DNA from: Macrostomum lignano | Taxonomy: Eukaryota | Direction: 5' to 3' | Assembly: GCA_002269645.1 (NCBI GenBank) | Contig: NIVC01003506.1 | Location: forward strand, 30,462 to 94,461 | DNA: 64,000 nucleotides | Part shown: positions 1 to 13,400 of the stretch, piece by piece | How positions within the stretch are numbered: position 1 is the first letter of the stretch | Layout: every line of letters starts with the position of its first letter | Program-made: the position numbers and the translations under genes | The notes under the pieces: model-generated | Database searches by the model: none | What the model was told of the DNA's origin: nothing | Seen by the model: the letters and a program-made list of their open reading frames with translations, nothing else

Positions 1-600
1 GATTAGGAGCGGGTCTGGAAGGGATTAGGGGAGGGTCTGGAATGGATTAGGGGCGGGTCTGGAAGGGATTAGGGGCGGGTCTGGAATGGATTAGGTGCGG
101 GTCTGGAAGGGATTAGGGGCGGGTCTGGAAGGGATTAGGGGAGGGTCTGGAATGGATTAGGTGCGGGTCTGGAAGGGATTAGGAGCGGGTCTGGAAGGGA
201 TTAGGGGCGGGTCTGGAATGGATTAGGGGCGGGTCTGGAATGGATTAGGGGGGTCTGGAATAGATAAGGGGAGGGTCTGGAATGGATTAGGGGCGGGTCT
301 GGAATGGATTAGGGGGGTCTGGAATAGATAAGGGGAGGGTCTGGAATGGATTAGGGGAGGGTCTGGAATGGATTAGGGGAGGGTCTGGAATGGATTAGGG
401 GGGTCTGGAATGGATTAGGGGTGGGTCTGGAATGGTTTAGGGGAGCGTCTGGAATGGATTAGGGGAGTGTCTGGAATGGATTAGGGGCGGGTTTGGAATG
501 CATTAAGGGTGGGTCTAGAATGAATTTAGGGTGGGTCTAAAATTGAGTTTAGGAGGGTCTGGAATGGATTAGGGGAGGGTCCGATATGTATTAGGGGAGG
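1..600. repeat. ~22-bp G-rich minisatellite (GGATTAGGGGCGGGTCTGGAAT), truncated by window start
   Basis: Tandem units read directly; they degenerate towards 600; each unit contains TTAGGG or a near variant. Confidence 0.95.
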
Positions 601-735
601 GGGTTTGTAGGTATGCATTTAACATTACTTAAAACAAAGGAGTGACTCCCAACATAGAAGTACACATGCACTGTTGTAGGCCTTTGCTGCCAGACTCCAT
701 CATTTAGTTGTCTGTTGGAAAGCCTCTACACTGTG

Positions 736-845
736 TCTGACAGACAGACACACAGACAGAGACAGAGAGACAGACAGAGAGACAGACAGACAGACAGACA
801 GAGAGACAGAGACAGAAAGACAGACAGACAGACAGAGACAGAAAG

Positions 846-902
<57 letters not shown>

Positions 903-943
903 GTCAGAGAGACAGACACACAGACAGACAGACAGACAGACAC

Positions 944-984
<41 letters not shown>

Positions 985-1119
985 GAGACAGACACACAGA
1001 CAGACAGACAGACAGACAGACACACAGACAGACAGACAGACACACAGACAGACAGACAGACAGACACACAGACAGACAGACAGACAGACACACAGACAGA
1101 CAGACACACAGACAGACAC

Positions 1120-1178
<59 letters not shown>

Positions 1179-1190
1179 CACAGACAGTCC
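736..1190. repeat. (CAGA)n / (CA)-interrupted microsatellite
   Basis: Direct reading; explains the CLSV/RQTD ORFs at 704-1215. Confidence 0.97.
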
Positions 1191-1789
1191 CAATGAGAAC
1201 GCAGGCATCTAGCATCTCAGGGGCGATGCTGAGAGGATGCTGGCTGAAAGAAACTGAAAGACAATGCAGACGAGATCGAGGTCACTAGAGGATAATTATC
1301 AGAACAAACCCCGCACAACACAAGCCAGAAAATTAACAAACGCTTTGAAAAAAGATGTTTAGACCAGACTTTTCTCTGGTTAGTATAAGGCAAAATAGTA
1401 GTGTAGCATAAATAAAATTTATATTTTTGTTGATGCATTATAAATTTTATTAATTGTATCCTCTCGCCAGTACAGTGGAGGCACGGGCAGACAACTGGGA
1501 ACAAATTCATGTGAAAGGGAAACCACAGGCCGACTGGCAGAACATGCAATTCTGTTCTTTCGCTGAACAACATGGCAGAGCTGAGCTACACAACCGCATA
1601 TTAACAATTGCAAAATGGAAAATATGTTAACTAGTTGATCTTTGCAAATTTTACAATGGGACAGTTTCGAAAATATGATTAAAAGTTTCAAAAGTAGCCT
1701 CAGACACGCAGCAACCTCCATCCTAGCGTCTGCTTTGCAGGCACTGAGAAGCCTGGATTTATGGAAATATTCTGAAGAGGATTTTGAAG

Positions 1790-2590
1790 ATCTGGGAGGC
1801 TGGCCTAGTAACTGAGGATCTGGGAAGCTGACCCAGGAACTGAGAATCTGGGAGGCTGGCCCAGCAACTGAGAATCTGGGAGGCTGGCCCAGCAACTGAG
1901 GATCTGGGAAGCTGACCCAGGAACTGAGAATCTGGGAGGCTGGCCCAGCAACTGGGGATCTGGGAGGCTGGCCCAGCAACTGGGGATCTGGGAGGCTGGC
2001 CCAGCAACTGAGGATCTGAGAGGCTGGCCCAGCAACTGGGGATCTGGGAGGCTGGCCCAGCAACTGGGGATCTGGGAGGCTGGCCCAGCAACTGAGGATC
2101 TGAGAGGCTGGCCCAGCAACTGGGGATCTGGGAGGCTGGCCCAGCAACTGGGGATCTGGGAGGCTGGCCCAGCAACTGGGGATCTGGGAGGCTGGCCCAG
2201 CAACTGAGGATCTGGGAGGCTGGCCCAGCAACTGGGGATCTGGGAGGCTGGCCCAGCAACTGAGGATCTGAGAGGCTGGCCCAGTAACTGAGGATCTGGG
2301 AGGCTGGCCCAGCAACTGACACTCTGGGAGGCTGACCCAGCAACTGAGGATCTGGGAGGCTGGCCCAGCAACTGACACTCTGGGAGGCTGACCCAGCAAC
2401 TGAGGATCTGGGAGGCTGGCCCAGCAACTGACACTCTGGGAGGCTGACCCAGCAACTGAGGATCTGGGAGGCTGGCCCAGCAACTGGGGATCTGGGAGGC
2501 TGGCCCAGCAACTGAGGATCTGGGAGGCTGGCCCAGCAACTGGGGATCTGGGAGGCTGGCCCAGCAACTGAGGATCTGGGAGGCTGGCGG
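1790..2590. repeat. 28-bp minisatellite (GATCTGGGAGGCTGGCCCAGCAACTGAG), locus 1
   Basis: About 28 tandem units; same unit recurs at 7660-7945. Confidence 0.95.
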
Positions 2591-2933
2591 TGGTGACGCA
2601 GTAACATAGAATCTGCATGGCAAATTGAAACCAGAGTTAGGAAAAAAATCATCGAGTACGTACTAGAATAGTTAGCAGTTGACAAAATAGTTGTGTTTCG
2701 ATGGATGCTGAGCCTCAAGCCAAAAGCTCACTCAGGTACACAGCAGGAAAGAAATTCACAATTTTTCGGGTCATAGAAAATGATCAAACACGGCTGGTAT
2801 CAGTAACAATGTGTGCGACATGATCTGAGTATTGTATTGTCGATTGGTTAAGCATTTCAAGTGTCAGTTTAAGGTGTCCTCTTGGCCTGGTTGGCAAGCC
2901 AGCCGACGTCAAAAACCCAGCGAAGCAGAAATT

Positions 2934-5900
2934 TTAATTACGGCGGCTTGGAGCGCAGTATTTCTCGTAGTACTTCTCCAGGTCAGTCTCTGAAAACGGG
3001 GAGGATGGGCATCGGGTTGCTTTGTTGACTGCGAGATAAAGAAAGGGAGAGATTGGGAAATGAAGATGAAGGAGGGAGGTGACTGGGGGATGAAGATGAA
3101 GGGAGGGAGGAGACTAGGAGATAAAGATGTAAATAGGGAAAGTGGGAGATGGAGACTAGGAGATGGAGGGAGAGACTGGTAGATGAAGGGAGACTGGGAG
3201 ATGAAGGGAAACTGGGAGATAGAGGGAGAGACTGGGAGATGAAGGGATACTTGGAGATGGAGGGAGAGACTGGGAAATGAAGGGATATACCGGGAAATGA
3301 AGGGATATACCGGGAAATGAAGGGATAATAGGATGGGAGATGAAGGGAGACTGGGAGATGAAGGGAGACTTGGAGATGGAGGGAGAGACTGGGAAATGAA
3401 GGGATATACCGGGAAATGAAGGGATAATAGGATGGGAGATGAAGGGAGACTGGGAGATGGAGAGAGAGACTGGGAATCGAAGAGATAGACTGGGAAATGA
3501 AGGGATAATAGGATGGGAGATGAAGGGAGACTGGGAGATAAAGGGAGACTAGGGGTTAAAGGGAGAGACTAGGAGATAAAGAGAGACTGGGAGATAGAGG
3601 GAGAGACTGGGAGATGAAGGGGAGACTGGGAGATGAAGGGGAGACTGGGAGATAAAGGGAGGGAGACTGAGATGAAGGGAAAGAGAAACAGAACGACGTA
3701 AACACAGAATGAGTCAGTGCCTCTGAACCAGGGGTACTCTCATGAGAGAACACCAACAGCCGCTACGCAAGCTCACCTTTGGCCTGACTCATGAGGTTCC
3801 ACAGTCGCTCTTCATCAGGACTGTGTGGGAAAATGCACTTGACTCCGTATCTGCACTGCTTGGTTTTGGCGATATTCTGGCACAGGAAGAACTTCGTCTG
3901 CGGCCTGTTGGGGTTGGGCACGGGCGCCCTGGCGTCGAGGCCACTGTTGCTGTAGACAATGATGGGCTTCACCCAGGCGTGCTGCCGCTGCTGGCACTGG
4001 CTGGGCTTATTGGGGTCGCGCGGCGATCGGCACTTGAAGCAGACGGCTTTGAGCAGCTGCTGCTGTGGCTGCGGATTCGCTGCTGAAGGCGCTGAGGCCG
4101 CGGCAGCTGCTGACTGGGCGCCGCTGCTTCCAACAGTTCCAGTCGAGGAGGCTGCGGCAGCGGCTGAGTTCGATGAGGCCGGAACTGCCGAGGCAGCGGC
4201 TGTGGATTTGCGAAGCCTGCAGACAACAGAAACATTTTGGGAGATGGGGATTTAGCCTGCAACTGATTGTAAGTGTCTGGAAATTTCCGTGGTATTGAGA
4301 CCGGGTTTCTTGGAATTAGTACTTCGATTTCTAAAAATTTGAATTCTGATTAAATTTCGGATTCATTTTTTGAAAATTCGGATTGCGCTTCCTAAAAACC
4401 AAATTAGGATTCCTAAAATTCAGTTTGTGTTTCTTAGAAAGCAGATTAGGATTTTTAGGAATTTGATTGTGTGTCTTAGAAACGAAATTAGGATTCCCAG
4501 AATTCGGGTTGCGTTTCTTAGAAACCGGATTAGGATTCCAAGAATATAAACTGTGTTTCTCGGAAACCAGATTAGGACTTTTAGAATTCGGATTGTGTTT
4601 CTTAGAAACAAAATTTGGGTTTTAAGAATACAGATCAAGTTTCATGAAATTCATACTGGGATTCTTAGAATTTAGACTTAATTTCTCGGAATGCGCTGCT
4701 TAGAATCGATATCGGGGATATCTTACACTTTTGATTCATAAAGACTTAACATTGACATTAATATTTTAAGAATTAAGACTCAAAAAGTGTTAATCAAAAA
4801 CAGCACACAGCTCTCACCTGCGCACAGCGGCGTCCCAGGACCAGCGGCCCACCCGCTCCAGATTCCACAGCTGGCATTCCACTTCGCCGTGCGCGTAGTC
4901 GCAGTCGGACCTGAGGCACTTGTCCTCCACGTACAGGCGGCAGTTGTAGTACTCCCTGACCGGCTTGCTGCCTGACCGCAGCTGCCGCACCTGGCACCAG
5001 TGAGAGGCGCCGGGCGCCCGGACCAGCAGGCGGGTCTCGGCGCAGGAGTGCCCGGTCGCTGGGTCGTACTTGAACCGGGTGCAGATCACGTCCAGCGGCG
5101 TGGAGCACTGGTCGCAGGCCAGAACCATGGAGTAGTCCGGGACCGACGGGAATTCTGGCGTGGATGCGGCGGCTTGGCCGGCCGTCCGAGACTGAGGGAG
5201 ACGCGGGGGGGGGGGACCCCAAAATCTTTAAACAATCTCTCCCTGCAGAATGATGGAATAAAAAAACGATCAGAATCCAAATCTACTAAATCTCACCCCT
5301 TAGAATCCATCCAAATCTACTAAATCTCATCCCTCAGAATCCAAATCTACTAAATCTCACCCCTCAGAATCCAAATCTACTAAATCTCACCCCTCAGAAT
5401 CTAAATCTACTAAATCTCACCCTGGAGAATCCAAACCTACTAAATCTCACCCTGGAGAATCCAAATCTACTAAATCTCACCCTGGAGAATCCAAATCTAC
5501 TAAATCTTAACCCTCAGAATCCAAATCTACTAAATCTTAACCCTCAGAATCCAAATACACTAAATCTCACACTATACTCCAAAACAACAAAATCTCATTC
5601 TAGAAGACACCCAACCCACAAAATCTCAGTCTAGAAGACACCCAACCCACAAAATCTCAGCCTAAAGACACCCAACCCACAAAATCTCATTCTAGAAGAC
5701 ACCCAACCCACAAAATCTCAGTCTAGAAGACACCCAACTCACAAAATCTCAGTCTAGAAGACACCCAACCCACAAAATCTCAGTCTAGAAGACACCCAAC
5801 TCACAAAATCTCAGTCTAGAAGACACCCAACCCACAAAATCTGTCTAGAAGACACCCAACCCACAAAATCTGTCTAGAAGACACCTAACCCACAAAATCT

Positions 5901-8900
5901 CAGTCTAGAAGACACCCAACTCACAAAATCTGTCTAGAAGACACCCAACTCACAAAATCTCAGTCTAGAAGACACCCAACTCACAAAATCTCAGTCTAGA
6001 AGACACCCAACTCACAAAATCTCAGTCTAGAAGACACCCAACCCACAAAATCTGTCTAGAAGACACCCAACCCACAAAATCTGTCTAGAAGACACCCAAC
6101 CCACAAAATCTCAGTCTAGAAGACACCCAACTCACAAAATCTCAGTCTAGAAGACACCCAACCCACAAAATCTCAGTCTAGAAGACACCCAACTCACAAA
6201 ATATCAGTCTAGAAGACACCCAACTCACAAAATCTCAGTCTAGAAGACACCCAACTCACAAAATCTCAGTCTAGAAGACACCCAACCCACAAAATCTCAA
6301 GCCACAATTCACAGTCTCACCGTTGGGAAGGCGGCATTTATAGGGAATCCCCCGCTGGCGGAAGTCTTTACCTCCATTAACGGCGAGATGATCGAGGCGG
6401 CCGAAGCAGGTGGCGCGAACTTCTGACCGATTGGCCTGAGCAGAGGCGCCGGTTCGTCGAAATTGTCCAATGAGTTCAAGTAGCTTTGCGACTTCTTAGC
6501 GCCCTGCTGCTGCTGCTGCTGGGCGGCCGCGGGCAGGGCAGCGGCGAAGCCGGGGGCGGAGTCCGGTGTGAGAAGAGACTGGCTGGCCTGCGGATCGGAA
6601 AGGTCAAATGAAGGTCAAATTGCGCTAAATAATCAAATGAAAATTAGCCTAGCGCTTTATGTACTGCAAGTTGGTGTAGGTTAAGCAAGCCTGATGGTGG
6701 TTAGTACGACAAGAATGTCGCAGTGAGTAAGGTAGTTACACTAGAATCTCAAGTTTCAGGGAACAGAGATGGAAATCTCCAACTGTCTACTAGCAGTAGG
6801 CTGTACCCAGCTTAGCATAGCCGGCAAAATCGCTCACCGACTGAGAGGCGGATGCCGACGCGGCAGCAGCAGCCGAGTAGAGCGACGCCGTCTGCGGCTG
6901 CGGCGGCTCGTCGTTGAAGTCGTCCAAAGAGTTCAAATAGTCGCCCCCGCCGCGGCCCACCATCGGCTGGCTGTGGTCCGGGCTGAGCAAGGAAGCCGGC
7001 CGGGCAGCGGGCAGGCCGGGATCGTAGCCGCCATAGTACACCTGCTGCTGCTCCTCCGCCTCGTCTCCTGGTGGAATCAAAGCTACGGCAGGCTGCAGAC
7101 TCTGCCTGGCCTGCTCAATAAAACGGGCCACGTTGAACTGGTCATCGCACTGCAGATTCCACAGGTGAAGTTCTTCGTGCCCGTGCGGGAACGGGCAGTC
7201 CAAGCCGAGCTGACAGCGCTGCTTGCGGGCGAAGTGCCGGCAGAAATTGGTGAACTCCTGCCTGAAGTAGTCGGGCGGCGGCCGGATCAGCTTCCAACCT
7301 TCGGAGGCTTTCTCGCGCTGGCAGACGAACAGGCAGTCCAGCTGGCAGGCGTGGCCGGAGCTGTGGTTGTCCAACATGCAGTAGGCGAACCCGTTCTGCC
7401 CGAGCAGCTCGGCCACGCAGTCCAGACAGCCCAGGCGGTACTGGTGCGTGCTGTCTAGCGGGAACTCCAGCTGATCTGCGTCCGCCTCCGCCTCGTTGCC
7501 ATAGTCTTCTGAGTCCTTAGCAACGCTGTACATGGCATCGTAGCTGGCGGTGTCGCTGTAACCATAGAGACCGGATGAACCGCCGAAGGAGGAAGCCTGT
7601 ATGGGGATTAAACCGAGTTGATGAACAGCACGACCGGCGTTCTTGGGATTTAAGAGGGTGGCCCAGCAACTGGGGATCTGGGAGGCTGGCCCAGCAACTG
7701 ACACTCTGGAAGGCTGGCCCAGCAACTGGGGATCTGGAAGGCTGGCCCATCAACTGAGGATCTGGGAGGCTGGTGGCCCAGCAACTGAGGATCTGGGAGG
7801 CTGGCCAAGCAACTGAGGATCTGGGAGGCTGGCCAAGCAACTGAGGACCTGGGAGGCTGGCCCAGCAGCTGGGGATCTGGGAGGCTGGCCAGGCAACTGA
7901 GGATCTGGGAGGCTGGCCCAGCAGCTGGGGATCTGGGAGGCTGGCGGTGGTGACCCAAGAGAGTGGAATGTATGGATCGAAGCTCCAGACTCACAGGCTG
8001 TGCAGAACTGTCTCCGAGTCCAAAGTTCGAAATTCGAGCGGCGGCCGCCTGGGCTGGCGGTGGCTTTTTCTGCGGACTTGCCGCCGCCGTGTTGACTTTC
8101 AGCTGGTCGACAATGTACTGGATGGTCAATGACCCACGAGCCTGCAGATTCCACAATTCGCACTCCACATCCGAATGCGGATCCTCGCACTCGTCGCCAT
8201 GGAAACACTCGCCGAACGTGGCCTGATTTGAGCACAGCTCGTACACGTAGCTGTAGCCGAGATCGACTTCTTTCGGCATTCGAACCACATACCAGGTGGT
8301 TTCTTTAAGGAGGCGGGCAATGAGGCAATCGCGGGAGCAAGTCTCGCAGGGGGCATCTGCTCGATTGCCATTGTCATCCACGCAGTTGGCGCAGGCCAGG
8401 TCGAATGCGAACTTGCTGAGTTCGGCAGCTGAATTGTCCTGCTGCTGGCAGGAATAATAGCTGGAAGAAGTGGCAGATACTGAGGCAGAGGCGGCAATCG
8501 GAGCCGAAGAAGACATCGAGCCGGAAGCATATGCTGGCGCATTCGCCGATACGGAAGCAGAAAACTGGGCGCTGTTGCTGCTGTTGCTTTTGCTGGCCTT
8601 TGCGTACTGTTGTGTAATGGGTGGTGGCGGCGGTGGTGGAGGAGGCGGATGCAGCTCAGCAGCGGACTGACTGGTTGGTGGAGCATCAACCGGAGACCTG
8701 GTGACCTGGTTGGCGGTCCAGCTGAACAGAGCTCCGATTGGGGGCAAATGAGGCTGCTGCTGAACAACTTTCGGTGGGATTTCGGCAGTCATTAAAGGCT
8801 TGACTGGTGCTGGCTCGGCAGGCTTTCGCTGCTGTTTAGGCGTTTCGCCATTGTGTTTAGCGATGAACCCGGCAACCGTGAATGCGTCCATATAGTTTTT

Positions 8901-10448
8901 GTCGAAATTCCACAGCTCTGTTTCAATTTCGGAATGCCCGAAGGTGCAGTTCTCGCGGCAAGGATAGCCCCCCTTGGATTTGTAGCATCGATAATAATTA
9001 CCGGTATAACCCGGACGAGCTACCCGTGGTCGAATCAGTTTCCACAGAGTTTCACCAGGCTCCTTGGCAAACAGCTGGTTTCGTGGACAATTGTGCTTCT
9101 GTGGCTTGGTCGCAATTTCATAATCATATACCCGACCATCGGCAGGCTTCGAACAGTCGGAGCACGCCAAGCAGAGATCCCACTTGGCTAGGAAGGGAAA
9201 ATCGCCATCCTTGATCAGTTTCAGTGGCTCGGCTGAAGAAGACTGGCCAGCGGAACCTACGCCGCCGCCGCCACTTTTTTTCCCACCAGCTGGCACAGTC
9301 TGCCACGAAGTCTCAGCCAGAGCTTGACGAAACTGCTCAGTTTCCTGCTCGTGAATTCTTGTGTCTTTCAATTTAACCGATTCTTTCTCAGCAGCAGTTG
9401 CCTGCTTGGCAATATTAGCCTTCTCAGACTGTTTTGTCACAGCGTTCTGCTCAGACGAATCGCTCGATTTTTGCTTGGAAGACTTCTTCTTTTTCTTATT
9501 GCCACTTTGATCCGCTTGCTGCTGCTGCTGCTTTTGGTTTTCTTTGGCTGCGGCAGCTGCTGCTTTCTTTTCGTTCTCTTTTGCTTGCCGCTCTCTTTCT
9601 AATCTCTGCTTCTCCTCTTGCTTTTGTTTTTCCTGCTTTTGCCTCTCTTTCTCTTGTCTTTGCCGCTCTTCCTGCCGCTCTTTTTCTTGCTTCTGCTTCT
9701 CAAGACGCTGCTTCTCCTGCCTCTCCATTTCTAGACGTTTTGCTTTTTCTTGTTTCTCTTTTTCAAGACGCTGCCTTTCCTTTTCTTGCCTTTCCTTTTC
9801 CAGACGCTGCTGCTCCAAACGTTGTTTCTCTTTTTCTTTCGCTTGTATCTGCTTTTTATAAGCCTCGTCTTTGTCTTTCTTTTGCTGCTGCAATTTAAGT
9901 TCCTCGGCAGTGTTGTCTTCCCTAGAAACCGAAGCCTGCTTGTGCCGGCCATTCGGAGCAGGCACGGCCACTCCGGTGGCTACTCGAACTCCGCCAGTTC
10001 CACTCTCAGTTGTTACCCGGACTTTGCTGAGCTCCGAGTCCGACCAATCCGACAGGGGGTCGTCAATCACGGAATCTTCAACGCTATCGTCATCGGAGCT
10101 GTCGCCGCAGCCACCGTAGTGCTCAACAAGATCCTGTGAGGCGGACTTTGCCGCTTCATGTCTTGAATCTTTGGCGTCATCTTCCTGGCCTGCACGCGAC
10201 GAAGCCAAGTCCCCCGACTGGTCCGGGCGTCTCTGCTGCTGCTTACTGAACTCTGCGGCAACATTCACCTCGGGTATGGAGGAGGAGGAGGTGGCCGAAT
10301 CAGACCGCGCCTCGTGTCGATTGACGCTGCTGTTATAAGGCTGCGAGGCTGGCGGCGGCGGCGGGCGATATTCGGCCAGGAATTCGAGCTCGTTGTCGCT
10401 ATCCGCCGGTTCCAGAGCTGGCACGGACTCGCCAGTTTGGCTGCCCAT
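2934..10448 (-). CDS. Multi-exon protein (~1450 aa) with five extended CCCH zinc-finger modules (ZC3H7/HELZ2-N-like), a K/E-rich coiled coil and low-complexity linkers
   Basis: Exons 10448-7995, 7596-6838, 6587-6321, 5191-4818, 4216-3777, 2989-2934, all with AG/GT ends and compatible phases (0,0,0,2,1). Five copies of LAC-x2-C...W-x2-[IV]R...C...C-x-[FY]-x-H-x2-E-x2-LWN. Family resemblance is from memory; orthology not established. Confidence 0.8.
3050..3680. repeat. GA-rich degenerate minisatellite (GGGAGACTGGGAGATGAA-like) in last zinc-finger gene intron
   Basis: Direct reading. Confidence 0.9.
4370..4700. repeat. Degenerate ~35-bp intronic tandem repeat (TTTCTTAGAAA...ATTAGGATT)
   Basis: Direct reading; diverged units. 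Confidence 0.7.
5275..5560. repeat. 30-bp intronic minisatellite (AATCCAAATCTACTAAATCTCACCCCTCAG)
   Basis: Direct reading. Confidence 0.9.
5590..6300. repeat. 31-bp intronic minisatellite (TCTAGAAGACACCCAACCCACAAAATCTCAG)
   Basis: Direct reading; some units lack 2 bp. Confidence 0.93.
7660..7945. repeat. 28-bp minisatellite, locus 2 (same family as 1790-2590), in zinc-finger gene intron 1
   Basis: Same unit, same orientation and same right border GCTGGCGGTGGTGAC. Confidence 0.93.
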
Positions 10449-13400
10449 CCAGCCGCTGAGGATTGGAATTAATAAATAGCGGAATAGCATTCTGCACAGG
10501 CAGAGCAGCATTTCGCTGCCGAGATTTTGCTTTGAGTCTAAATAAAATTGATGCTACCAAATGCTTATAAAATGCGGCTTCTTGCCAGCTTGCCAGTCTT
10601 CGACACAACCTGACTGGCCAAAAAAGCCAGCCAATTGGCATCGGCTCCCTGCTCTCAAACTAAAAGAGGCGGGAGGAGTAATTTTACCTGCTCTTTTTCC
10701 ATTCTATCGATTTTTTGGAATTCTGTTTTTGGGTGTGGCCTCTATCATGTCCCTTTATCTGCTTTGGACTGCTTTTATTCTTTTTGGGCAGCCCGCACTG
10801 ATGATAAACAGCTCAATAATGCAAAGAAATTGAAAGCCTGCCTTGCCAGGACACTGACTGACTGACTGATTAGTAAATGATGCAGGGTGTGCCGCTTGGA
10901 ACATATGTGGCCCATTCCAAGTCCAATACAGGTGACTAACTGGGTAGAAAGTCAACACCCTTGTTTACAAAGGTAAATTTACAGTAAAATGAGCTTAGCA
11001 TTAGGCATGAGCAGTATCTATCTTCTAAACTTTTCGAAGATAGAGAAGATAAATTTTTATATCAGATCAGATTATGAAAATTGCAGATTTTTCTACCTAA
11101 TCAAGATGACTGACTATTGCAATAAAGTAAAGCTAGTAGCCCTGTATACAATAGCCCTAAACAAGGAAATATGAAATATAATGTAACTTTTTAAAAGAAA
11201 TTGTATCTTTAAGCAATTTTTATAAGACTCACAAATTTTTCATTAACTTTTAGTAACTTTTTACATGGTATTACATAGTGTAACAAGGAAACTAGATAAA
11301 ATAGTATTAAAAAATAGTCAATGGCTTCTAAAAATGTTCTAAACATTAGTTGTTCCATTTGCTTTTTAATTTCTTAGACTGTTTTTACTCCTTGTTTGCT
11401 TACTTGCAGCTCATCTTTAGTTAATTAATTATTTTTATTATTATTTAGTTTTTATACTAAAATAACTAGTCAAGCATATATACTTAGCAAAACAGTTTTC
11501 TAATTTCTGTTCAGTGGCAACAATGAATAAATAAGTTATTTTATAAGAATAAAGGCAATTAATTTAAAAAGTTTAGAAGCCTAAGCTAACAGGTGTAATT
11601 AACTTACAAATTTGTTTTAACAATAGTATCCATTAGCTACTGAAAAATGCAACTATACTAGGTCTATTTACCAATATTGGGTTGTATGCTTAGTATAGCT
11701 TGCCCCCTCAACTTTTTTATATGCACCTGGTCTCTAGATTTACATATATTGTAATTGTAAAATTATATATTAGCTGGATAAAATCGAGGTTGCATAATAG
11801 CTAATATTGTTTTTTAATAACTAGAAGTCTAGCCTAGGCTAAAAAACATTGAAATAGTATGCTTGTTCTTTATTGGAATAGGTTTCAAAAACGCATGGAC
11901 ATGCAACACCTATGCAAAAAATAGCTTGAATGTGTGACACATGGGACAAAAGTATAAAAAAGCATAGCACACATAACACTAATAATAAGATAATATAAGA
12001 TAATAATACTACTGTTTATGCTGCTCTTTAGTAAAATTATGAAGCATAATATAAAAAATGACAGATAACTAATAAAAAAACTATGTTACTCCTTTGGTTT
12101 TGCACATGCCCCATGCTTATAGCACCACCACCCATCAACCACGATGCGCTGCAACATGCAATGCTACCTTCCATTGCAATGCACTACCTACTATCTTGAA
12201 TCTGTATGACATAATACTAGAAAATATTTAAAATTTGAAAGATAACTATTTTTGTTTTTTAACTTATTCCAATAGGGTGCTTATTTAATATACAAACTAT
12301 TTATCATAGATACTAAATAAACTAGATAGGCTATTTAAGGTCAGGCATATATATTTGGTAAAAAAGCTTTTTACTTTAGTTTAATAACAAAGAATACAAA
12401 GGCTATTTTATAAAAAAGGTAGCTAAAATTGTTAATAAATTTACAAGTCTAAGCTTGCAAGCATAAACAATCTTCCTAATTGGTTATCCAATAATATATA
12501 TTAGCTAGTCTATTAAAATACACATGGCAATTTTGGGCTAGAATTCAAATATGCTAAGTGTCCTACCTTCTCTTTGCTATTTAATTTTAGGCCTTGATAG
12601 TACAAAATTAAAAGTATATCAAAGTATTAAGTTAGAATATTAAAGTTTATTAGGCATAGGCTGACAACTTATAATATTGCTAAAGAATTTTTGAAAAATA
12701 TTTTGTAACAAAAATCTATCTAAAAACTTAGCAAGGAAATGCCATTTAAGTCTATTGAACTATGCATTTCAAAGATTATTCTTAATTTTACACCTGTATC
12801 TTTGGTTCTAATAGTAAAAATAATATCAAATTCAACATTGAAATGCATTGCACATTGCTATATTTTAATATAGAATTTAGTGTAGGATTCAATGTGAAAT
12901 TTTCCATAATAATCTAGTCAAAGCATTAATATATTCTAAACAAATTTAACCCTTATATTATTTTTTACATCCTATATACTAATATTTTTAAGCCTATTCA
13001 ATGTGGGATTTCCTGTACTAAACTCAACTTGAGCTTAGTTGAACTTAGCTTAGTTAAATAGAACTTTATATAAAATACTTAGCAAGGCATGCACCCCCAA
13101 GATTGAGGCAAAAGGTTGATTAGCATGCCTAAGAATAGTAGAAGTTGAACTACCTGATTGGACATACTTGCTATTCATAACCAAGTTATATCATTAACTA
13201 GATTGTCATGCAGCTCAACAGCTTAAATAGGCCCTAGTATCTCAGCCATTAAGAGCTTTGCTTTTGCTCTAGTTTTGACTCAACTACATTGAGACCTTGA
13301 CTAACATTGAGACCACAGTAGACTACCTACTCTGAGACTGCACAATGGTCCTAACAAGACTACTTTGGAAAATTCTAGTGTGCACTTGATTTGGTCAAAA

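Noticed and set aside
1-600. True telomere
   Set aside because: TTAGGG occurs only inside a 22-bp unit, not as a pure hexamer array
680-1810. Possible plus-strand exons (TVEARADNWEQIHVKG..., SFENMIKSFKSSLRH...)
   Set aside because: Some splice-like signals exist, but the 1221-1378 segment has stops in all frames and I recognise no domain; cannot support a gene model
704-2718. ORFs with CLSV, RQTD and ASLPDPQLLGQPP repeats (and similar ORFs at 21603-22082, 34908, 38828-39554, 40833-41377, 57168-58002, 59062)
   Set aside because: All are read-throughs of micro/minisatellites, open in multiple frames
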